Shown: positions 31,933 through 41,762 of the stretch, one piece after another
Layout: every line of letters begins with the position of its first letter
Position numbering within the stretch: the first letter of the stretch is position 1
Assembly: GCA_963666275.2 (NCBI GenBank)
Contig: CAXXOA010000003.1
Span: 128,001-192,000 of the forward strand
Direction: 5' to 3'
Origin: Oceanispirochaeta sp.
GTDB taxonomy: Bacteria; Spirochaetota; Spirochaetia; DSM-2461
Length of the DNA: 64,000 nt
Notes under the pieces: generated by a model
Told to the model about the DNA's origin: nothing
Seen by the model: only the letters and a program-made list of their open reading frames with translations
The model's database searches: none
Program-made: the position numbers and the translations under genes

Positions 31933-33423
31933 ATGAGTGTATTACTTGAAGCAAAGAATATAGGTAAATCCTTTCCTGGAGTCCGTGCTCTGAATGACGT
32001 CTCTTTCCAATTGGAAGCAGGTACAGTCCATGCTTTGATGGGAGAAAACGGGGCTGGAAAATCAACTCTGGTGAAATGTTTTATGGGAATCCATATGCAT
32101 GATCAGGGAACATTGGATGTTCTCGGGAAGGTATATAAATTTCAGCACCCGAAACAGGCAATTGATGCTGGAATTGCCATGATTGAACAGGAGTTGACTC
32201 CTGTTGATGAAATGACAGTGGCAGAGAATATATTTCTGGGACGGGAGGATATTAAAAGCGGGATTTTCCTTGATTATGCTGCAATGAATCGTAAAGCCAC
32301 TGAGATGATGAAACAGCTTGAACTCAATATTGATGTAACAAAAAAGATGCTTGAGCTGAGTCTTGCAGAAATACAGATGGTTGAGATCGCTAAAGCTCTC
32401 TCCTATGATTCCCAGATCATCATTATGGACGAGCCAACAAGTGCTATCGGCGAGAAGGAAGTGGAAAACCTTTTCAGGATCGTCAATATGCTGAAGGAAC
32501 AGGGAAAGGGTATTATTTATGTTTCCCACAGGATGGAAGAGATCTTTACAATAACTGATAAGATCACGATCTTAAGGGATGGAGAGTACATTGATACAGT
32601 TGCTACCGCTGAGACCGACAGATCGGAAGTAATCGAAAAGATGGTTGGGCGACGCGTCGATGAAGAATATAAGACGAATAATATTCCCCGTGAAGATTTG
32701 ATCCTTAAAGTTATAGGGTTTTCACAGAAGTCTGTACTTGAAGATGTCAGTCTGGATCTGAAAAAAGGCGAAATCCTTGGAATCTTCGGTCTCATGGGGG
32801 CTGGAAGAAGTGAGTTTTGTGATCTTCTGTTCGGAGTGAACAGTAAAGATGAGGGAAAAGTTTTTATTGATGGTAAACCTGTAACGATCCGGAAGCCGAA
32901 AGATGCTATGAAACATGGTATAGCCTATGTCACCGAAGATAGAAAGAACAGCGGTTTGTATATGAAAGGCAATGTAAAAGACAACATTGCTCTGGCATCT
33001 TTGAAGGAATTAAGCCGATTCGGATTTATCAGAGAGAAGACAGAAAAATTAAAAGCCAATGAAATGGTGGATCTGTTCAGAGTAAAAACAAGCGGACTGG
33101 ATCATCTGGTTGTTAATCTGAGTGGTGGAAATCAGCAGAAAGTCGTTCTGGGAAAGTGGGTTGCCAGAAAGCCCAGGATTCTGATTCTTGACGAGCCTAC
33201 GAGAGGAATCGATGTAGGTGCCAAGAGAGAAATATATGAGTTCATGACTGGTTATGTAAAAGAAGGAAACTCTATTATTCTGATTTCATCAGAGATCCCC
33301 GAGATTCTGAAAATGAGTAACCGGATAATTGTTTTTAAAGATGGAAAAATCCAAAAAGAGTTAACCAGAGACGAAGCAGATCAGAACAATGTGATGCATT
33401 ATGCTTCAGTGACACTTAAATAA
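31933..33423 (+). CDS. Sugar (CUT2) ABC transporter ATP-binding protein
   Basis: GENGAGKS, LSGGNQQK, DEPTRGIDVGAK. Confidence 0.95.
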   Translation: MSVLLEAKNIGKSFPGVRALNDVSFQLEAGTVHALMGENGAGKSTLVKCFMGIHMHDQGTLDVLGKVYKFQHPKQAIDAGIAMIEQELTPVDEMTVAENIFLGREDIKSGIFLDYAAMNRKATEMMKQLELNIDVTKKMLELSLAEIQMVEIAKALSYDSQIIIMDEPTSAIGEKEVENLFRIVNMLKEQGKGIIYVSHRMEEIFTITDKITILRDGEYIDTVATAETDRSEVIEKMVGRRVDEEYKTNNIPREDLILKVIGFSQKSVLEDVSLDLKKGEILGIFGLMGAGRSEFCDLLFGVNSKDEGKVFIDGKPVTIRKPKDAMKHGIAYVTEDRKNSGLYMKGNVKDNIALASLKELSRFGFIREKTEKLKANEMVDLFRVKTSGLDHLVVNLSGGNQQKVVLGKWVARKPRILILDEPTRGIDVGAKREIYEFMTGYVKEGNSIILISSEIPEILKMSNRIIVFKDGKIQKELTRDEADQNNVMHYASVTLK

Positions 33424-33434
33424 ACGGAGGAAGT

Positions 33435-34421
33435 ATGGAATCGGTAAATATAAAGAGAGGGATCAATAAAGATTTTATTACAAAAAAAGCAAGTGAGTAT
33501 GCCATTATTCTGGTTTTTCTGCTGTTTTGTATCATTCTGTCTTTTATCAGTCCCTATTTTCTTACAGGGCAGAATATTTTGAATGTATTCAGGCAGGTCT
33601 CCATTAACGGACTACTCTCTATCGGTATGACTTTTGTTATACTGACAGGAGGAATTGACCTGTCTGTTGGATCTGTTCTGGCATTCGGAGGAGTCCTGGG
33701 GGCCAGCCTGGCCAGTTCCTCCTTCGGCGGGAACGTCGCTCCCGCAGGCGTCAGTTATCTGGTTGCTCTTCTCGGTGGAGTTGTTCTGGGAGCTGCGACA
33801 GGCGGTATCATTGCCAAGTGGAAAGTGGCTCCCTTCGTGGTCTCACTGGGGATGATGAGTATAGCCAGAGGTCTGACATACATTTATACAAACGGTATGC
33901 CAGTTCCTAAAATAGACAAGAGTTTCTTATTTATCGGTAAAGGAGATATCTTAGGCCTTCCCATGCCGGTTATCGTTTTTATAGCAGTATTCGTTATTGC
34001 CTGGATCACCCTGTATAAAACACGTTTCGGACGTTACATATACGCTGTAGGAGGTTCTGAGAAAAGTGCTAAAATTTCAGGAATCAATACACGTCTCATC
34101 ATTTTTTCCGTCTATGTCATCAGCGGATTCCTTTCAGCTCTAGCAGGTGTGATTCTGACAGCCAGGACCACTGCAGGGCTTCCCCAGGCAGGAACATCTT
34201 ATGAACTGGATGCTATTGCAGCTGTTGTTATCGGCGGTACAAGCCTGTCAGGTGGTCAGGGAAGTCTTGTGGGAACCGTATTCGGTGTTCTTATCATTGG
34301 CGTCATCAATAATGGCTTGGATATTCTCGGAGTTTCTTCCTACTACCAGCAGGTCGTCAAAGGTGTAATTATTATTGCCGCAGTACTGCTGGATTCTTTT
34401 AGAAAAGTGAAAAACCATTGA
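33435..34421 (+). CDS. Sugar ABC transporter permease (RbsC family)
   Basis: GGIDLSVGS and YELDAIAAVVIGGTSLSGG. Confidence 0.95.
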   Translation: MESVNIKRGINKDFITKKASEYAIILVFLLFCIILSFISPYFLTGQNILNVFRQVSINGLLSIGMTFVILTGGIDLSVGSVLAFGGVLGASLASSSFGGNVAPAGVSYLVALLGGVVLGAATGGIIAKWKVAPFVVSLGMMSIARGLTYIYTNGMPVPKIDKSFLFIGKGDILGLPMPVIVFIAVFVIAWITLYKTRFGRYIYAVGGSEKSAKISGINTRLIIFSVYVISGFLSALAGVILTARTTAGLPQAGTSYELDAIAAVVIGGTSLSGGQGSLVGTVFGVLIIGVINNGLDILGVSSYYQQVVKGVIIIAAVLLDSFRKVKNH

Positions 34422-34463
34422 GGTTTTCATTTTAATATTTTTTCTAACCTAAGAGGAGGTTCT

Positions 34464-35492
34464 ATGAAATCTTTAAGGAAGTTTATCGTAACCGCACTGA
34501 TTCTTATCAGTCTGACTGGAGCGGCATTTGCCAATGGTCAGAAAGATTCTGACAGCGGGGAGAAAACCTACAGAATCGGAGCAGCAGTCTATGGTCTTAA
34601 AGGAGAGTATATGAGGCTTTGGGCTACGGCTCTGGAACGTCATCCGGCTGTTGAAAGCGGATTGGTTGACATAACAGTTTTTGACGGTCAGTACGATGCT
34701 GGTGTTCAGCAGTCTCAGTTTGAGACTATGGCAGCACAGCAGTTTGATGCAATCCTTTTTGTTCCCATTGATATTGAAGCCGGAGCATCTGCTGTACAGG
34801 TGGCTTCTGAAGCAGGAATCCCTGTTATCGGATCCAATACCAGAGTAAACAGTGACATGCTGACATCTTATATCGGTTCTGACGACGTTAAATCCGGTTA
34901 TATGGAAGCCAAAGCTGTTATCGATGCCATGGGCGGAGCCGGTAATGTGGTCATTATCGAAGGACCTATCGGGCAGTCTGCACAGATTGAGAGACGGAAA
35001 GGAAATATGAAAGCCATTGAAGAGTATGGTGATAGTGTAAAAGTTCTGGAAATGAAAACTGCCAACTGGTCTAGAGCCGAAGCAATGAGCCTTATGGAAA
35101 ACTGGCTCAGTGCTCATCCCGGTGAAATCGACGGAATTATCGGTCAGAATGATGAGATGGCACTTGGTGCAATTCAGGCAATCAAAGATGCCGGTCTTAG
35201 TATTAAAGATTTCCCTACCGCAGGAATTGACGGTGTTACCGATGCCATGCTTGCTGTAAAGAATGACGAGATGGTCAGTATCCTTCAGAATGCTGTCGGT
35301 CAGGCTCAGGGAGCTCTTGATCTGGCTCTGAGAGCTGTTATCGGAGAATCCTATGAACCTGCCGCTGCTTGCTGGGACGATATGGAATGGGGAAGTTCTA
35401 TGCAGGATGTATACAATGTGCCCTGGGTTCCCATCACATTGGATAATGTAGACGGACTCCTCTCGGAAAGAGAAGCCCTGACTACAAGATAA
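34464..35492 (+). CDS. Sugar/polyol ABC substrate-binding protein
   Basis: Signal peptide; periplasmic-binding-fold motifs ANWSR, NDEMALGA, GIDG. Confidence 0.92.
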   Translation: MKSLRKFIVTALILISLTGAAFANGQKDSDSGEKTYRIGAAVYGLKGEYMRLWATALERHPAVESGLVDITVFDGQYDAGVQQSQFETMAAQQFDAILFVPIDIEAGASAVQVASEAGIPVIGSNTRVNSDMLTSYIGSDDVKSGYMEAKAVIDAMGGAGNVVIIEGPIGQSAQIERRKGNMKAIEEYGDSVKVLEMKTANWSRAEAMSLMENWLSAHPGEIDGIIGQNDEMALGAIQAIKDAGLSIKDFPTAGIDGVTDAMLAVKNDEMVSILQNAVGQAQGALDLALRAVIGESYEPAAACWDDMEWGSSMQDVYNVPWVPITLDNVDGLLSEREALTTR

Positions 35493-35502
35493 TTTAAACT
35501 TC

Positions 35503-35534
35503 GGTTCTATCAGCCCGGCACGGCTGATAGAACC
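35503..35534 (+). other. Intercistronic 13-bp hairpin after the SBP gene (mRNA stabiliser or attenuator)
   Basis: GGTTCTATCAGCC-CGGCAC-GGCTGATAGAACC perfect stem with no U-tract. Confidence 0.6.
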
Positions 35535-35555
35535 TGACAACATAAGGGTGTTGCT

Positions 35556-36332
35556 ATGATTCAATATAAAGAGTTTGACAAAAATTTCAACCTTAATGGT
35601 AAAAACGCCATAGTAACCGGCGGGGCAAATGGTATCGGAAAAGCCATAGCGGAACTTTTTGCTGAAAAAGGGGCAAACATATGTATTTTTGACCTTTCCG
35701 ATACCGGTGCGGAAGCCGCTGGCGAATTGGAAGAGAAATACAATATTAAAAGTGTTTTTGCCAGAACCGATATTACAAATTCAGAGAATATTCAGAGGTC
35801 TGTTGACTTTGCAGAAGAAAAACTAGGTTCTGTGGATATTCTGGTAAACTGTGCTGGAGTGGTATTCCTTGATGCTGCTGAAAATCTCAGTGAAAAAGAG
35901 TGGGATATCACTATCGCCGTAAACCAGAAATCCATTTTTCTTGTATCCCAGATTATCGGGCGAAAAATGATAAAGCAGGGGTACGGGAAAATCGTAAATA
36001 TGGCATCCCAGGCCGGAGTCATCGCTCTGGATAAACATCTGGCATATTGTGCATCCAAAGGTGCCGTTATTTCCATGACAAAGGTACTGGCATATGAATG
36101 GGCTCAGTATGGTATCAATGTCAATGCTATCTCTCCTACAGTTGTTCTGACTGAATTAGGGAAAAAGGCCTGGGCCGGCGAAGTCGGGGAGGCTATGAAA
36201 AAAACGATTCCCAATGGTCGTTTTGCCTATCCTGATGAAATTGCAGCTGTCGCTCTATTTCTGGCAAGTGATGCTGCAGCCATGATTAATGGTGAAAACA
36301 TCCTGATTGACGGCGGTTATACGATAAAATAG
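35556..36332 (+). CDS. SDR polyol dehydrogenase, GolD/DthD (D-threitol dehydrogenase-like)
   Basis: TGGANGIG, YCASK, and NAISPTVVLTELGKKAW typical of GolD/DthD. Confidence 0.85.
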   Translation: MIQYKEFDKNFNLNGKNAIVTGGANGIGKAIAELFAEKGANICIFDLSDTGAEAAGELEEKYNIKSVFARTDITNSENIQRSVDFAEEKLGSVDILVNCAGVVFLDAAENLSEKEWDITIAVNQKSIFLVSQIIGRKMIKQGYGKIVNMASQAGVIALDKHLAYCASKGAVISMTKVLAYEWAQYGINVNAISPTVVLTELGKKAWAGEVGEAMKKTIPNGRFAYPDEIAAVALFLASDAAAMINGENILIDGGYTIK

Positions 36333-36414
36333 GCCTGATTGAAAAGAAAAAATCCTTTATTACAAAAATAAAGTTATACGAAATAATAAAAATACAGTGA
36401 AGTCCGGAGGTTAT

Positions 36415-36873
36415 ATGAAGATAGCAGTCGGCTGTGATGAAGCAGCTCTGGAAATGAAAGAAGTAATCAAAAAGCACCTGGAAGAACAGGGGCATACAAT
36501 TCAGGATTTCGGTGTGTATTCCACAGATCCTGTTCTCTATCCCGATATAGCCGTAGCGGTCGGATCCTCCGTGGCGAAAGGGGAGAATGAGAGGGGAATC
36601 CTCATGTGCGGAACCGGACTGGGAATGGCTATAGCGGCCAACAAAGTTCCGGGAATCCGGGCGGCAACCTGCCACGATTCCTTTTCTGCCCAGAGGGCTA
36701 TGAAAAGCAATAATGCCCAGATCATGACCATGGGTGCCCGGGTCATCGGCCTGGAGCTTGCCAAGAATCTGGTGGATATCTGGATGGATTCGGAATTCCA
36801 GGGAGGCGGCTCCGCCCCCAAAGTGGACAAGATCATGGAGTGGGAAAGAGAACTCCATAAATCGGCTAAGTAA
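36415..36873 (+). CDS. rpiB: RpiB/LacAB-family sugar-phosphate isomerase (DerI-like)
   Basis: MKIAVGCD and CGTGLGMAIAANKVPGIRAA. Confidence 0.88.
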   Translation: MKIAVGCDEAALEMKEVIKKHLEEQGHTIQDFGVYSTDPVLYPDIAVAVGSSVAKGENERGILMCGTGLGMAIAANKVPGIRAATCHDSFSAQRAMKSNNAQIMTMGARVIGLELAKNLVDIWMDSEFQGGGSAPKVDKIMEWERELHKSAK

Positions 36874-36893
36874 AAAAAGAAGGAGTACTGACA

Positions 36894-37895
36894 ATGCAGA
36901 GAATTATCAATGATCCCAATCTTGTTGTTGAAGATATGTTAAAAGGCTTTCTCAAAACCCATAAGGATATTGTCTCCCCTACGGAGCTTGCAAGGGTTAT
37001 CAAATATAAAGAGGCCCCCGTAGACGGTAAAGTAGGTATTGTAACGGGGGGAGGCTCCGGTCATAAGCCGGCCTTTGTCGGGTATGTGGGAAAGAACATG
37101 GTTGATGCAGTTGCGGTTGGAGAGGTTTTTGCCTCTCCCACTGCTAAAGCTTTCTTTCAGGCAATGAAAGAGGCTGATTCCGGTGAGGGTGTTGCCTGTC
37201 TCTACGGCAACTATGCCGGAGACAACATGAACGTCAAAATGGCTATGAGGATGGCCGAAAAAGCCGGAATCAAGGTGAAGACCGTTGTGGCCAATGACGA
37301 CGCCGCTTCAGCTCCCAAAACAGAACTGGAAAAGAGGCGCGGTGTGGCCGGTGAGATCCTTATGTGGAAAGCCGGCGGGGCCAAAGCGGCTCTGGGCGGA
37401 AGTCTGGATGAAGTCATTGCGGCGGCGCAGAAAGCCATCGATAATACCAGGAGTGTGGGAATCGGTCTTACATCCTGTACGATCCCTGCGGTGGGGCATC
37501 CCAATTTCTCTATTGAAGAGGGAACCATGGAAGTGGGGATCGGACATCATGGAGAACCGGGCATTAAAGTGGAAAAATTGAAATCCGCCGATGAGATGGC
37601 TCAGGAAATGGTGGATGTTATTGTTCCGGATCTTCCATTTGAAAAGGGACATGAGGTGGTTGTCCTTTTATCCGGTCTGGGGGCCACTCCGGTAATGGAA
37701 CTGTATATACTCTATAATAAAATAGAAGAGCTCCTGGCGGAAAAAGGGATTACTGTCTACAGGTCCTATGTGGGGAATCTTTTTACCTCCCTTGAAATGA
37801 TGGGTGCCACACTGACAGTGATGAAGCTGGATGATGAGCTGAAGCCCCTGATGGACATGGAAATAAACACAATGGGATTGAAACAGTTCTCATAA
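36894..37895 (+). CDS. dhaK: Dihydroxyacetone/erythrulose kinase subunit K
   Basis: GGGSGH, NYAGD, GIGHHGEPG. Confidence 0.9.
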   Translation: MQRIINDPNLVVEDMLKGFLKTHKDIVSPTELARVIKYKEAPVDGKVGIVTGGGSGHKPAFVGYVGKNMVDAVAVGEVFASPTAKAFFQAMKEADSGEGVACLYGNYAGDNMNVKMAMRMAEKAGIKVKTVVANDDAASAPKTELEKRRGVAGEILMWKAGGAKAALGGSLDEVIAAAQKAIDNTRSVGIGLTSCTIPAVGHPNFSIEEGTMEVGIGHHGEPGIKVEKLKSADEMAQEMVDVIVPDLPFEKGHEVVVLLSGLGATPVMELYILYNKIEELLAEKGITVYRSYVGNLFTSLEMMGATLTVMKLDDELKPLMDMEINTMGLKQFS

Positions 37896-37914
37896 AAAAT
37901 AGGAGTAATAAAAA

Positions 37915-38559
37915 ATGGGTGATACTTTTAAAAACAGCAGCGCTCAGGTTGTGGTTGAGAATCTGGTGGTCTGTATAAAGAAAAATGTAGAGTATCTGAG
38001 TGAAGTGGACGGTAAGATCGCCGATGGCGATCACGGGATCAATATGCAGAAGGGGTTTACCATTACCGGTCAGAGGATCGAAGGGAAATCCCTGAGCTAT
38101 ACAGACGCTCTGAATGTACTGGGTGATGTTCTTGTTTCTGAAATCGGCGGTTCCATGGGACCGATCTACGGAAGTTATTTCATTGAACTGGGAGACGGAT
38201 GCCAGGGGGTGGAGGATATTGATAAAGCCACCTTCCTGAAATCCTACGAGACAGCACTGGAAGTTGTCCTTTCCCTGGGAACAGCCCAGCTGGGAGATAA
38301 AACCATGCTGGATGCGATGATTCCCGGAATCAATGCCCTGAAAGCGGCAGTAGAGGCGGATAAGCCTTTTGCGGTCTGCCTGGATGAAATGACCGCAGCG
38401 GCGAAAACCGGCATGGAAGCCACAAAAGACATGATTGCCAAGGTCGGAAGATCCGCCCGTCTGGGAGAACGTTCAAGAGGTGTTCTTGATGCCGGGGCTG
38501 TTTCCTGTTTTCTGATAATTGAAGATATGGGAAACTCAATAAAAAAACTGCTGCAGTAA
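37915..38559 (+). CDS. dhaL: Dihydroxyacetone/erythrulose kinase subunit L
   Basis: DGDHG, GGSMGPIYG, GDKTMLD, GRSARLGERS. Confidence 0.9.
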   Translation: MGDTFKNSSAQVVVENLVVCIKKNVEYLSEVDGKIADGDHGINMQKGFTITGQRIEGKSLSYTDALNVLGDVLVSEIGGSMGPIYGSYFIELGDGCQGVEDIDKATFLKSYETALEVVLSLGTAQLGDKTMLDAMIPGINALKAAVEADKPFAVCLDEMTAAAKTGMEATKDMIAKVGRSARLGERSRGVLDAGAVSCFLIIEDMGNSIKKLLQ

Positions 38560-38582
38560 AAAAGAATTCCTCCTAATTCTTT

Positions 38583-38616
38583 AACCGGAAATATCAGTCT
38601 GAAATTTCCGGTTTTT
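38583..38616 (+). terminator. Rho-independent terminator after dhaL
   Basis: AACCGGAAAT...ATTTCCGGTT stem followed by Ts. Confidence 0.7.
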
Positions 38617-38793
38617 CAATTTATAAAACCATTAATCCGAGTTTTAAACAGTCACCAGCGAACCTTATTCATAAGTAAACGTCCCTGCAATTATATATTG
38701 GTGTAGTAAATTGCTAAATATCACTTTTTAGATAACTGGATTCTGTAAAATAACGTAAAAAAATGCCAAACTAGGTATTGTTTTTCAAGCTGT

Positions 38794-38821
38794 TTGACAA
38801 AAATCCTATTAATGTTATGAT
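38794..38821 (+). promoter_or_regulatory. Sigma-70-type promoter upstream of ablA
   Basis: TTGACA-16 nt-TATGAT with extended -10 TG. Confidence 0.5.
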
Positions 38822-39061
38822 AAAGGAAGGTTTTTCAGAGTCGAGGTAAAAGTATCCCCTGTGGTTATCCTCTGAAATCGTTTCTTTTGAATTAATCTTC
38901 AAAATACAAATTTTACACCGTTACTGTTATTTTTTTACTGATAAAAAAGTCTGAAAATAGAAGGTCTCATCATTTTCATTTCGACCGGGGGAGTCTGTAG
39001 ATTTACTGACTCTGCAGCGGTGTATGTAAGGCATATTCATGCCTTAAAGGAATCACGTATT

Positions 39062-40372
39062 ATGGTTTACACGGAAAACCAGCAGAATATTGCGGAAGCA
39101 ATCGATGAATCTGCCAGTATCGAAAACTGGAAAAACTGGCACTGGCAGCTTCGGAACAGCATTCAGGATCTTGATGAGCTCACAGAGATCCTGGGGATCT
39201 CCATCGATCCAGTCCGAAAGGGGAAACTGGAGGAAACCCTTGAAAAATTCCCCATGAGCATTACCCCCTACTATCTCTCACTGATCCAGTGCGATGATTT
39301 TATGAATGACCCCATTTTCAAACAGGCTGTACCGGAACCTGAAGAGCTTGTGCTGACCGAGTGCGATATGAGGGATCCCCTGGCGGAGGACAAGGATTCT
39401 CCCGTTCCGCACCTGACCCATCGCTATCCCGACCGGGTGCTGCTCCATGCGAGCAACACCTGCTCCATGTACTGCCGACACTGCACCAGAAAGCGGAAGG
39501 TGGGGGACCAGGACAGGATCCCCGGATTTGAGGAACTCAAACCGGCTCTGGAGTATATCGATAATCATCCGGAAGTCCGGGATGTCCTGATTTCCGGAGG
39601 AGACCCCCTGATGCTGAGCGACAAAGCTCTGGACCGGCTGCTCGGCGCAGTCAGCGCCATTCCCCATGTGGAGATTATACGGATCGGAAGCCGTATGCCT
39701 GTGGTTCTGCCCTACAGGATCACCGAAGAGCTGATTGCGGTTTTAAGCAAATACAAACCCCTGTATCTGAATACTCACTTCAATCATCCCCGGGAGGTAA
39801 CCCGGTCGTCCCGGAATGCCCTGGCCCGTCTGGCCGATGCGGGCATTGTTCTGGGAAACCAGTCTGTCCTCCTGGCGGGAGTGAACGACTGCCCCCGCAT
39901 CCTGAAGTCCCTGTTTCAGAAGATGCTTCAGAACCGGGTGCGGCCCTACTACCTCTACCAGTGCGATCTTTCCGAAGGGCTATCCCACTTCCGGACTCCT
40001 GTGGGGAAAGGGATCGAAATAATGGAAAGCCTGATAGGACACACCTCCGGTCTGGCTGTACCCACCTATGTGATTGATGCGCCCGGCGGAGGAGGGAAGA
40101 TCCCTGTGATGCCCCAGTACCTGATCTCCTGGTCTACCAACAAAGTGGTTTTAAGAAACTACGAAGGGGTGATCACAACCTACAAAGAGCCCGACTCGTA
40201 TGAGCCCTATTACTGTGACAGAAAGTGTGAAAGCTGTGATTTACAGCTCAAGCTGGATGATGCGGTGGAGGCTGATCCTATCGGTATCCAGCAGCTTCTG
40301 GCGGATCATGACAGGACTATCTCGTTTACTCCCAGCGGGAATGACAGGATGGAACGAAGGGAGGATTTCTGA
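39062..40372 (+). CDS. ablA: Lysine 2,3-aminomutase
   Basis: [31 protein letters not shown]; start MVYTEN; followed directly by an acetyltransferase. Confidence 0.93.
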   Translation: MVYTENQQNIAEAIDESASIENWKNWHWQLRNSIQDLDELTEILGISIDPVRKGKLEETLEKFPMSITPYYLSLIQCDDFMNDPIFKQAVPEPEELVLTECDMRDPLAEDKDSPVPHLTHRYPDRVLLHASNTCSMYCRHCTRKRKVGDQDRIPGFEELKPALEYIDNHPEVRDVLISGGDPLMLSDKALDRLLGAVSAIPHVEIIRIGSRMPVVLPYRITEELIAVLSKYKPLYLNTHFNHPREVTRSSRNALARLADAGIVLGNQSVLLAGVNDCPRILKSLFQKMLQNRVRPYYLYQCDLSEGLSHFRTPVGKGIEIMESLIGHTSGLAVPTYVIDAPGGGGKIPVMPQYLISWSTNKVVLRNYEGVITTYKEPDSYEPYYCDRKCESCDLQLKLDDAVEADPIGIQQLLADHDRTISFTPSGNDRMERREDF

Positions 40373-41208
40373 TGGACACGCAGGACTATCTTGACGGTGC
40401 ACTGATACAGCACGGCAGCGCCAGCGACAGGATATATCTGATGGGGTATACACCCGACAGCAGGGAAAGGCTCTATCTGGAGATGATGTCTCTGGCCAAA
40501 AAAGAGAACTACGGAAAAATCTTTATCAAAGTTCCCCAGATGGACGAGGATTTTTTTGAAGTAAGGGGGTTCCGCCGTGAGGCCGTGATTCCCCGGTACT
40601 ACCCCGACGGCGACTGCATTCTCATGGGGAAGTATCTGAAAGAAGAAAGGAAGTGGATCCCCGAAAAGGAGAAAAACACGATCGAAAGGGTCCTGGAGTT
40701 CTCTGTGAAAAACGAAAATACCCTGGAAGAGGCCAACCCTGTTTCGGCCTTTTCCTTTGAGCTCCTCACGGAGGAACATATAGTGGATATGGCCGCGCTG
40801 TATGCCAGAGTGTTTGACAGCTACCCCTTTCCGATCCACGATCCCGAATATCTGAGAGAGACCATGGCCAGCCATATCTACTATTTCGGCTGTTTTATCG
40901 ATGATCGTCTTGTAGGAGTCTCCTCGGCGGAAACGGATGTAAAAAACGGTACCGCCGAAATGACGGACTTTGCTGTCCTCCCCGACTTCAGAGGGTACAA
41001 GCTGGCCTACAGGCTTCTGCAGGAGATGGAGGAGTTTATTACAAACAGAGGATTCCGGGTGGCCTATACCATAGCCCGGGCTGTGTCTTACGGTATGAAT
41101 AAAACCTTTGCCAATGCCGACTATACCTATGGCGGCACCCTGGTAAACAATACCCAGATCAGCGGTAAAATCGAAAGCATGAATGTATGGCATAAGGATC
41201 TTCTTTAA
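40372..41208 (+). CDS. ablB: Beta-lysine N-acetyltransferase
   Basis: YPFPIHDP, AEMTDFA, YTIARA, NNTQISG..ESMNVW; TGATG coupling to ablA. Confidence 0.9.
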   Translation: MDTQDYLDGALIQHGSASDRIYLMGYTPDSRERLYLEMMSLAKKENYGKIFIKVPQMDEDFFEVRGFRREAVIPRYYPDGDCILMGKYLKEERKWIPEKEKNTIERVLEFSVKNENTLEEANPVSAFSFELLTEEHIVDMAALYARVFDSYPFPIHDPEYLRETMASHIYYFGCFIDDRLVGVSSAETDVKNGTAEMTDFAVLPDFRGYKLAYRLLQEMEEFITNRGFRVAYTIARAVSYGMNKTFANADYTYGGTLVNNTQISGKIESMNVWHKDLL

Positions 41209-41351
41209 CCGGAAAACAGAGCTCCGCGGAAGGGGAGGGGACCCTTCCTGACCGAAGGAGCTTGCTGAGATGGGATCTTTAGTGGATGATGGGAGGAGGA
41301 GAGGATGTTTCCTCCTCCTGAGACATTGTAACCAATGAAAGGGTATTTAAC

Positions 41352-41711
41352 ATGCATTTCAACCATCTTGCCATCCGCGTTAAAGATATTGATGAATCCA
41401 TCGGTTTTTACGAAAAAATGACAGAGCTGAAAATCTCAGAACGCTTTTCCTACGAAAGCGCCGAGATCGCCTATCTGGAGGACCGGGAAGGGGCCACCAA
41501 AATAGAGCTCATCTATTTTCCCGATCAGCCCACCTTTGAAGGATCGGGCCTTGTGGTGTGTTTTCTCTGCGATGATCTTGAGCAGCACCATCAAACTGTG
41601 ACAGAGGCGGGGCTGAATCCCTCGGAGATCCGCAATCCCGATCCGTCGAATTTCTACTTTTTCGTTTATGACCCCAACGGGGTTTCCATTCAGTTCAAAC
41701 AGAAACTTTAA
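41352..41711 (+). CDS. VOC/glyoxalase family protein
   Basis: HLAIRVKDIDESIGFY and DPNGVSI. Confidence 0.88.
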   Translation: MHFNHLAIRVKDIDESIGFYEKMTELKISERFSYESAEIAYLEDREGATKIELIYFPDQPTFEGSGLVVCFLCDDLEQHHQTVTEAGLNPSEIRNPDPSNFYFFVYDPNGVSIQFKQKL

Positions 41712-41762
41712 AATCCCCCGGGCCTGCCCTGCCGGCGGGTTCGCAATTCCAAGGAGACAGCC

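Noticed and set aside
38822..39061. Lysine or c-di-AMP riboswitch in the ablA leader
   Set aside because: I could not find the conserved cores of either class by eye
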